Origin: an uncultured virus (IMG/VR IMGVR_UViG_3300001460_000018)
Taxonomy: Duplodnaviria; Heunggongvirae; Uroviricota; Caudoviricetes
Length of the DNA stretch: 64,000 nucleotides
Virus record (IMG/VR): IMGVR_UViG_3300001460_000018
Span: 1 to 64,000 of that record
Strand: one strand, 5' to 3'
Below are positions 57,936-64,000 of the stretch, piece after piece. The notes under the pieces are model-generated. The model had not been told where the DNA came from. It did not search any database and worked only from the letters and a program-made list of their open reading frames with translations. The translations under genes and the position numbers were made by a program. Position 1 is the first letter of the stretch; each line of letters begins with the position of its first letter.

Positions 57936-59715
57936 ACCTAAATATCAAAAGCTTACTAATGTTGAGCATGTTTTACATAGACCTGATATGTACATAGGAT
58001 CACTTATAACTGAGCCTATTACAGCTTGGGTATGTAAAGAAGGTAATGTATTTGAAAAAGATGTTAAGCATAATCCAGGATTCTTAAAACTCTTTGATGA
58101 AATTATTAGCAATTCATCAGATGAACATAAGAGAAACCCTAAACTTAATAAAATAGATGTACATATAGATGTTAGAGGAACTATTCAAATTAAAGATAAT
58201 GGAGGCATACCTGTTGAAAAGCATAAAGAGTATGGTGGATATATTCCTGAAATGATTTTTAGTGAAATGTATTCAGGATCAAATTTTGATGACACTGAGG
58301 AGAGAACTACTGTGGGAACCAACGGATTAGGATCAGTTCTTGTTAACATTTATTCTAAAAGCTTCACAATAGATACAGCAGATGGAAAGAAGCAATATAC
58401 TCAAAAGTTTTCAAATAATATGGCTAAAAAAGAAAGTCCTATTATTAAACCATCTAAACTTAAAGGAACTTCTATTACATATGTGCCTGATTTAGAAAGA
58501 TTTAACATGGTTTCTATTGATGATGACCATGTTCTTCAATTAAGAAAGAGATGTTTAGATGTGGCTGCAAGTAACCCAGGATTATCCGTAAACATAATAA
58601 TTAAATCAAGTACTTCTAAAGAAAGTGATAAGTTTAAGTTTAAAGACTTTACAGAATATATTAAGTTTTACCTTGATGATTTTACAGATCATTTCTTTAT
58701 CAAGAATAAAAGAGCTGATATTGCTATTGTGGCAAGTGATAGAGGTTTCTATCAAAAGTCTTTTGTTAATTCAGTTGATACTTTTGGTGGAGGTACTCAC
58801 ATTAGACAAATAGAGAATCAGATTATTGATTTTACCAGGACATACATTAAAAGAAAAACTAAATATGATATTAAACCTAGTGATGTTAGAAATCATTTTG
58901 GTATTTTTGCTAACTGTCTTGTAACTAATCCTAGATTTAAAGGCCAAACTAAAGAAGTATTAAGTACAGCTGCTAAAGATTTAGGATGTGACCTTACTAT
59001 ACCTGATAAGATTCTTAAACAAATAGTAAAATCTGACATCACTGCATCTATAATGGATTGGGTTGATAAGAAAAAGGCAGCTGATGAGAAGGCTGAAATG
59101 CGTAAGCTGAATAAAAAAATCGGCGGAGCTCTACCTATTAATTTATTAGATGCAAAAACTAAAAGACGTCATGAAGCTAAACTCTACATAATGGAAGGTA
59201 AGTCAGCAATGTCAGCAGTAAGAAAATTCAGAAATCCACAAATACATGGATGTTATCCACTTAAGGGTAAATTTATGAATGTGCTTGAAAAATCTAATGT
59301 AGATGTTATTCAAAATAATGAAGTACAAGATCTTGTAAAATCACTAGGTCTTAAGTTAGGAGAAGATGCGTTTGAAATGGTCCCATTAAGTGGTAAGAAA
59401 GTTAAGATACTTCTAAATGATGGTTATATAACAGTTGATGAAAACGAGGAGATTTTAGTAAATGGAAAATGGGTACTTGCAAAAAAATTAGTTAATCTTA
59501 AACCAAAAGAAGTTAAAATAGATTTAATAACTAAACAGGTTAAGACGGAAGTGATTAAGACTAAAACCAAAATTATAACAGAAGAACCTGTGATTGATAC
59601 ATCTCAAGTAAAAGGAAAGGAAAAGGAAATTGAGAAATACTTAAAAGAAAAAGGCTTATCAGATGATAAGGTTAAAGAAGTTATTAAAAAAGGTAAAACA
59701 AAGGGATTATTTTAA
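57928..59715 (+). CDS. Type II topoisomerase ATPase subunit (T4 gp39-like) with a C-terminal extension
   Basis: EHVLHRPDMYIGS, EIISNSSDE, DNGGIP, GTNGLGS, EGKSA, PLKGK. Confidence 0.93.
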   Translation: MSKPKYQKLTNVEHVLHRPDMYIGSLITEPITAWVCKEGNVFEKDVKHNPGFLKLFDEIISNSSDEHKRNPKLNKIDVHIDVRGTIQIKDNGGIPVEKHKEYGGYIPEMIFSEMYSGSNFDDTEERTTVGTNGLGSVLVNIYSKSFTIDTADGKKQYTQKFSNNMAKKESPIIKPSKLKGTSITYVPDLERFNMVSIDDDHVLQLRKRCLDVAASNPGLSVNIIIKSSTSKESDKFKFKDFTEYIKFYLDDFTDHFFIKNKRADIAIVASDRGFYQKSFVNSVDTFGGGTHIRQIENQIIDFTRTYIKRKTKYDIKPSDVRNHFGIFANCLVTNPRFKGQTKEVLSTAAKDLGCDLTIPDKILKQIVKSDITASIMDWVDKKKAADEKAEMRKLNKKIGGALPINLLDAKTKRRHEAKLYIMEGKSAMSAVRKFRNPQIHGCYPLKGKFMNVLEKSNVDVIQNNEVQDLVKSLGLKLGEDAFEMVPLSGKKVKILLNDGYITVDENEEILVNGKWVLAKKLVNLKPKEVKIDLITKQVKTEVIKTKTKIITEEPVIDTSQVKGKEKEIEKYLKEKGLSDDKVKEVIKKGKTKGLF

Positions 59716-60195
59716 ATGGAAATAATAAAGTTAGATTTAGATAAAGAAAATGTTAGGAGAAGGCGCCCTATAGTTAATAATATTCTTAGATACGGTACAG
59801 TTGTTATATGTACTGATGCTGATACGGATGGTTATTCAATATGCGCACAGCTTATTAATTTTTTCTATAAGTATTGGCCTGAAATAATCCAACATAATAA
59901 ATTAGAAATATGCAACACTCCTATACTTCAAGCAAAGGATGGAAAAACCACATTGGATTTCTATTCTATTGATGAATATAAATTATGGGAATCTAAAAAT
60001 TCTTCAAAATTATCAAGATATAAAGTTGCATATAAAAAAGGTCTTGCGGCATTAGATGATAAGTCATATAAAAAAATACTTCATGAACCTAATATTACAA
60101 TTATTGATGAAGATTATATAACAGAGAAAACCTTAATAGATTGGTTTCATAAAGATAAAGAATTTAGAGATAAGCGAAAAGAAAAAATAAAATAA
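59716..60195 (+). CDS. Type II topoisomerase small subunit (T4 gp60-like, TOPRIM C-terminal half)
   Basis: LRYG, TDADTDG, WPE, YKKGLA. Confidence 0.9.
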   Translation: MEIIKLDLDKENVRRRRPIVNNILRYGTVVICTDADTDGYSICAQLINFFYKYWPEIIQHNKLEICNTPILQAKDGKTTLDFYSIDEYKLWESKNSSKLSRYKVAYKKGLAALDDKSYKKILHEPNITIIDEDYITEKTLIDWFHKDKEFRDKRKEKIK

Positions 60196-60197
60196 TT

Positions 60198-60707
60198 ATG
60201 GAAAAAGAAATTAAATTACCGATAAAAGAAGATGACTTAGATGATTTTAGAGATAGGATTAGTGAAACAGTGTTTATTGAAGTAGACATACTTAATAAAA
60301 TATACTTTGAGTTTTTTGCTGATGATGATTTTGTTAATAATTTGATTATGGCTGATTTAAAGTTCATTCAAAATAACTGGGCATTTTTATTAAAGACTCA
60401 TGAGAATGATCATAAGCTTTATAATGTTAATTTACAAGAAATTGATATACCAAAATCTAAATATACTGATGATGATGGTAATATTATAAATAAAGTATAT
60501 GATCTTAATGATGATGATAGAATAAATTATTGCATAAATTTGCTTGCTAATACTAAAGATGCTGTAATAGAATTAATGCGCTCTAATTATTTTAATAATA
60601 TAAATGATGATGACTCTATATTACCTGTTAATGATATTATCATTCATATAATAAAAAAGCTCGATGAAATTATGTTAAGAATTAATGCTAACTTAAACAA
60701 ATTATAA
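60198..60707 (+). CDS. Hypothetical acidic protein
   Basis: ORF in operon. Confidence 0.55.
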   Translation: MEKEIKLPIKEDDLDDFRDRISETVFIEVDILNKIYFEFFADDDFVNNLIMADLKFIQNNWAFLLKTHENDHKLYNVNLQEIDIPKSKYTDDDGNIINKVYDLNDDDRINYCINLLANTKDAVIELMRSNYFNNINDDDSILPVNDIIIHIIKKLDEIMLRINANLNKL

Positions 60708-60722
60708 AAAACTTGTATTAAA
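60694..60722 (+). promoter_or_regulatory. Putative middle promoter
   Basis: TAAACA-N16-TATTAAA. Confidence 0.5.
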
Positions 60723-60738
60723 AAATAAATAGATTATT

Positions 60739-61272
60739 ATGGAAAAAGTAACAGAAAACCCAACAAGACAAATGGCAAAGACAGTTTTAAAAAGCTTCTA
60801 CGAAAAGGATGTAGATGAATTAGGAAAAGATTTTCAAGTATTGTTAGATTCTTATGAAAAAGAAAAGTATGGTATTGAATTATCTACTGCTGAAATTCAG
60901 TTTATTGGAATACAGGTTCTTGAAGGAGCTAAGTGGAAAGGAACTGAAGTATATGGAATTAAAGCACTTAGAGAAATTTCAACTACATTAGTAGCTGATA
61001 AAATAGTACTTTGTGAAAGAGAATCTGTGAGAGCTCTATTTCATTACCTAAATGAGTATGCAAGTAAAGGTACGGAATTTATGAACTTGCAAATGAGTGT
61101 TCTTGAAAAGGTATCATTAGTTGTTAAGGAAATTAATGAGGCTGAAACTAACTTAAGAGATGCTTCTTTTGAAATGGAAGCTAAGAGACAAGGGATTGAT
61201 CCTGAGCAATTAAGAGAACAATCTGCTGAAGTTCAATCATCTACACAACTTTCTGATGGACCACAAATATAA
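60739..61272 (+). CDS. Hypothetical protein
   Basis: 177-aa ORF. Confidence 0.6.
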   Translation: MEKVTENPTRQMAKTVLKSFYEKDVDELGKDFQVLLDSYEKEKYGIELSTAEIQFIGIQVLEGAKWKGTEVYGIKALREISTTLVADKIVLCERESVRALFHYLNEYASKGTEFMNLQMSVLEKVSLVVKEINEAETNLRDASFEMEAKRQGIDPEQLREQSAEVQSSTQLSDGPQI

Positions 61273-61286
61273 AAAACCTGCTTTAA

Positions 61287-61613
61287 ATGGAAAAGATTAA
61301 ACATTACATTCCTATCACCGCAGTAGTATTTATGATAATAGTATTTATGAATACCTGTGGTACAAAAAGTAAAATAAAATCATTAAAGAAAGATATTGTT
61401 AAATTAGAAAATGTTGTTAAGTTACAAGATTCTTTAATAAGTAATACAGTTTCTAAAAATGATTTAAGACTTATCATTGAGCTTGAAGGTTTAAAAATTT
61501 CAAAAAGAAATTTATATGATCAGAATTCTATTATAAGAACAAAGATTAGGCCTGATGATAAGATGAATGAATATGATCAGCAAATGAATGATATTCGTAA
61601 AAAGCTGAAATAA
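61287..61613 (+). CDS. Membrane-anchored coiled-coil protein (spanin-like or lipoprotein candidate)
   Basis: Hydrophobic N-terminus ending NTC, then a heptad pattern. Confidence 0.45.
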   Translation: MEKIKHYIPITAVVFMIIVFMNTCGTKSKIKSLKKDIVKLENVVKLQDSLISNTVSKNDLRLIIELEGLKISKRNLYDQNSIIRTKIRPDDKMNEYDQQMNDIRKKLK

Positions 61614-61616
61614 ACT

Positions 61617-61649
61617 AAAACGGGATTCGATATTGAGTCCCGTTTTTTT
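61617..61649 (+). terminator. Rho-independent terminator
   Basis: AAAACGGGATTC...GAGTCCCGTTTTTTT. Confidence 0.85.
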
Positions 61650-61663
61650 ATTAAGTAAACTCC

Positions 61664-63004
61664 ATGAACAATAAAATAACAGTAACTAATTATTTAGATA
61701 CTAAATATTTAGAATATGCTAAAGGTGTTGTAGAAGATAGGGCTATACCATCAGTCATTGATGGATTTAAGCCAGTTCATAGAAAAATTATAACTGCAGC
61801 ATTACAAAAAGCTAAAACAAAATACTATAAAATATTTCAGTTAACTGGAATAGTTGCATCAGATATGAATTATGCTCACGGCGATGCATCACTTAATAGT
61901 TCAATAATAAATATGTCACAGGACTTTAAAAATTCTTTGCCATATTTTGATAGAGATGGTCAATTTGGTTCATTAAGAAGCCCTGAAGCAGGTGCACCTA
62001 GATATATAGGAGTTAAAGTAAATGATGTATTTAGTAAACTATTTAGAGATCTTAATATAGTTGAATATAAATATGAAGAAGGGCAGAAAATAGAGCCTGT
62101 TTTATATTATCCTATAATTCCTACAGTTTTATTAAATGGACAAAAAGGTATAGCAGTAGGTCACGGTAGCGAAGTTCTTAATAGAAATCCTCTAGATTTA
62201 GTAAATTCAATAACAAGTCTTGTAAAAAATGGAAAGTGGAAAGAACCTTCTCTTTATCTTAAAGGATTTAATGGACCAATAACACTCACAAACGGTTCTT
62301 GGGAATATTCAGGTACTTATGATGTAGTTAATTCAACTACTTTAAAAATAACTGAAATACCTCCAAGTAAGTCATATGAAGATTTTGAAGAACACTTGGT
62401 AAAATTGCAAGATAACGGATTAATAAAATCATATGAAGATAATTCTTCTGAATTTCCTGAGTACACGATAAAAATGGAAAGAAAGATATTATCTGACCTA
62501 ATCCAAAAAGATTTTATTTTTAAAGCCTTTAAGTTAACGGAGAGCAAAACAGAAAATCTTACACTGCTTGATGAAAACTTTCAAATAATTAAGTTTAGTA
62601 CTATACAATCTCTCTGTGATCACTTTATTAAGTATAGGCTTGGTATATATTCAAAAAGAAAAGAAGTTCTTTTAAAGCAATATAAATACGAGCTAGAGTT
62701 TAAGAAGAATCTTATAAGGTTTATAAAAATGTATATGGATGGAAGTCTTATAATTGCTAAAAGACCTATTGAAGATGTACTTAATGATTTTGAAAAACTT
62801 AACTTTAAAAAAATAGATGGATCATATGAATATTTGATAAAGCTACCTCTTAAGAAATTAACAAAGGAAGAATTGATAAAGCTTAAAGATGATTTAATAG
62901 AAACTGAATCTAATATTAAGAATCTTAAGGCAAAAACAGAACAAGATCTATACTTACAGGATTTATATGATCTTAAAAAAGATCTTTCTAAAATAGTTAA
63001 TTAG
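61664..63004 (+). CDS. Type II topoisomerase breakage-reunion subunit (T4 gp52-like)
   Basis: RAIPSVIDGFKPVHRK, YAHGD, GQFGS, APRYI, GIAVG. Confidence 0.94.
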   Translation: MNNKITVTNYLDTKYLEYAKGVVEDRAIPSVIDGFKPVHRKIITAALQKAKTKYYKIFQLTGIVASDMNYAHGDASLNSSIINMSQDFKNSLPYFDRDGQFGSLRSPEAGAPRYIGVKVNDVFSKLFRDLNIVEYKYEEGQKIEPVLYYPIIPTVLLNGQKGIAVGHGSEVLNRNPLDLVNSITSLVKNGKWKEPSLYLKGFNGPITLTNGSWEYSGTYDVVNSTTLKITEIPPSKSYEDFEEHLVKLQDNGLIKSYEDNSSEFPEYTIKMERKILSDLIQKDFIFKAFKLTESKTENLTLLDENFQIIKFSTIQSLCDHFIKYRLGIYSKRKEVLLKQYKYELEFKKNLIRFIKMYMDGSLIIAKRPIEDVLNDFEKLNFKKIDGSYEYLIKLPLKKLTKEELIKLKDDLIETESNIKNLKAKTEQDLYLQDLYDLKKDLSKIVN

Positions 63005-63025
63005 ATATAAAAATAAATAAGTAAC

Positions 63026-63655
63026 ATGAAAAGAATTACATGGTTATTAGATGCAGGTCATGGAGGAATGATTAATGATGGTAAAGGAAAATTAGTATAT
63101 GCTACAGCACCAGCAAAGATGCATACATTTGAAGATGGGTTCGTCTTATATGAAGGTGTTTTTAATAGACAAGTCATTGAAATGGTTAAAGACATTATGA
63201 ATGTTAAAGGAATGAAGTATATTGATGTTGTTGATACGGAATATGATAAGCCTTTAAGACAGCGAGTAGAAAAAGCTAATGATTTTTATAGAGGCGATAG
63301 AAGATGTGGTTATTTTTCTATGCACGGTAATGCAGCCAACACAAAAGCACATGGCATAGAGATATTTACAAGTAAGGGAGAAACTATGTCTGATAAGTAT
63401 GCTACAGCTGTGATGGAATCAATAATGAAGAACTTTCCAGATGAAAAGTTTAGATTAGATACATGGTCTGATGGTGACATTGATAAAGAAGCAAACTATT
63501 ATGTTCTTAGAAAAACTGCAATGCCTGCTATGTTGCTTGAAATGTGGTTTTTTGATAATAGAAAAGATGCTGAAAAAATGAATAATCCTGAAATGAGAAG
63601 ACGAGTTGCAGAAGCAATTGTTGAAGGATTTGAAGAGATTGAAAAACAATATTAA
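63026..63655 (+). CDS. N-acetylmuramoyl-L-alanine amidase (Amidase_3), probable endolysin
   Basis: LDAGHGG, E, SMHGNA, VLRKTAMPAMLLE. Confidence 0.9.
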   Translation: MKRITWLLDAGHGGMINDGKGKLVYATAPAKMHTFEDGFVLYEGVFNRQVIEMVKDIMNVKGMKYIDVVDTEYDKPLRQRVEKANDFYRGDRRCGYFSMHGNAANTKAHGIEIFTSKGETMSDKYATAVMESIMKNFPDEKFRLDTWSDGDIDKEANYYVLRKTAMPAMLLEMWFFDNRKDAEKMNNPEMRRRVAEAIVEGFEEIEKQY

Positions 63656-63684
63656 GAAACTTTTAATTTAACAATAAAAAGACT

Positions 63685-64000
63685 ATGTGGTATAATTCAT
63701 TCACTAATGCACAAGATGCATTTGAAAAATTATTTGATGCAATAAATGAAAATGGCTTAGTGTACATAGGTACTAAAGCCATTTTCGATATCGGCTTCAT
63801 TATAGAAAACCCTGAAGATAATCAGATAAATACTCCTTGGCGAAAATGGAATAAAGAATATGCTGATTATGAATGGGAATGGTACTTAAGTGGTGATAGA
63901 TCTGTTGAGCAATTAGAGAAGCGTGCAAAGATTTGGTCAAAAATGTATAACCCAGATGATGCAGAGAAAAAAGTAAACTCTAATTATGGTTATCAATGGG
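63685..64000 (+). CDS. Thymidylate synthase / dNMP hydroxymethylase family, truncated by the window edge
   Basis: Own translation: MWYNSFTNAQDAFEKL...EWEWYLSGDRSV...IWSKM...VNSNYGYQW; absent from the ORF track because there is no stop. Confidence 0.75.
   Translation, partial: MWYNSFTNAQDAFEKLFDAINENGLVYIGTKAIFDIGFIIENPEDNQINTPWRKWNKEYADYEWEWYLSGDRSVEQLEKRAKIWSKMYNPDDAEKKVNSNYGYQW

Noticed and set aside
59380..59790. Functional split intein in topoisomerase
   Set aside because: No N-terminal Cys/Ser, no block B TxxH, and no Asn followed by Cys/Ser/Thr
59810..59850. T4 gene 60-type translational bypass
   Set aside because: The frame is open through TDADTDGYS with no stop or gap
1..64000. Stop-codon reassignment, tRNAs, introns or integrase
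   Set aside because: Core genes are intact in the standard code and several end in TAG or TGA; I saw no cloverleaf, intron-broken gene or recombinase, though only a tRNAscan/Infernal run would be decisive

Overview
This window is part of a large, AT-rich, T4-like myovirus genome in standard code; it is not bacterial chromosome. It carries the T4 core. Replication and recombination genes: endo VII, gp32, primase, UvsY/W/X, split family-B polymerase, clamp and loader, gp41, gp46/47, RNase H and a three-part topoisomerase II. Head genes: gp4, gp2, portal, protease-scaffold fusion and major capsid. Tail genes: sheath, tube, hub and tape-measure-like. It also has two sigma factors, PhoH, ClpP, an amidase, a glycosyl/methyl/sulfotransferase operon and a partial thymidylate-synthase-family gene. 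A-rich starts without Shine-Dalgarno motifs suggest a Bacteroidota host (inference). Main observations: (1) a family of genes starting with a T4 internal-protein-like capsid-targeting peptide (MKSYKSFLNE) whose products are strings of modules separated by (V/I/L)NE prohead-protease-type sites, with one 60-aa module duplicated exactly between such sites, i.e. a candidate shuffled polyprotein cargo system; (2) a bipartite TAAACA-N15-17-TATT(T/A)AA promoter before nine non-structural genes; (3) an ~80-bp non-coding element present twice in inverted orientation 55 kb apart; (4) a T4-style gp39/gp60 split with adapter peptides but no homing endonuclease or ribosomal hop; (5) a ~150-aa insertion in the late sigma factor; (6) a shared C-terminal KxLF motif. 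All family calls come from motif recognition by eye; no searches were run.
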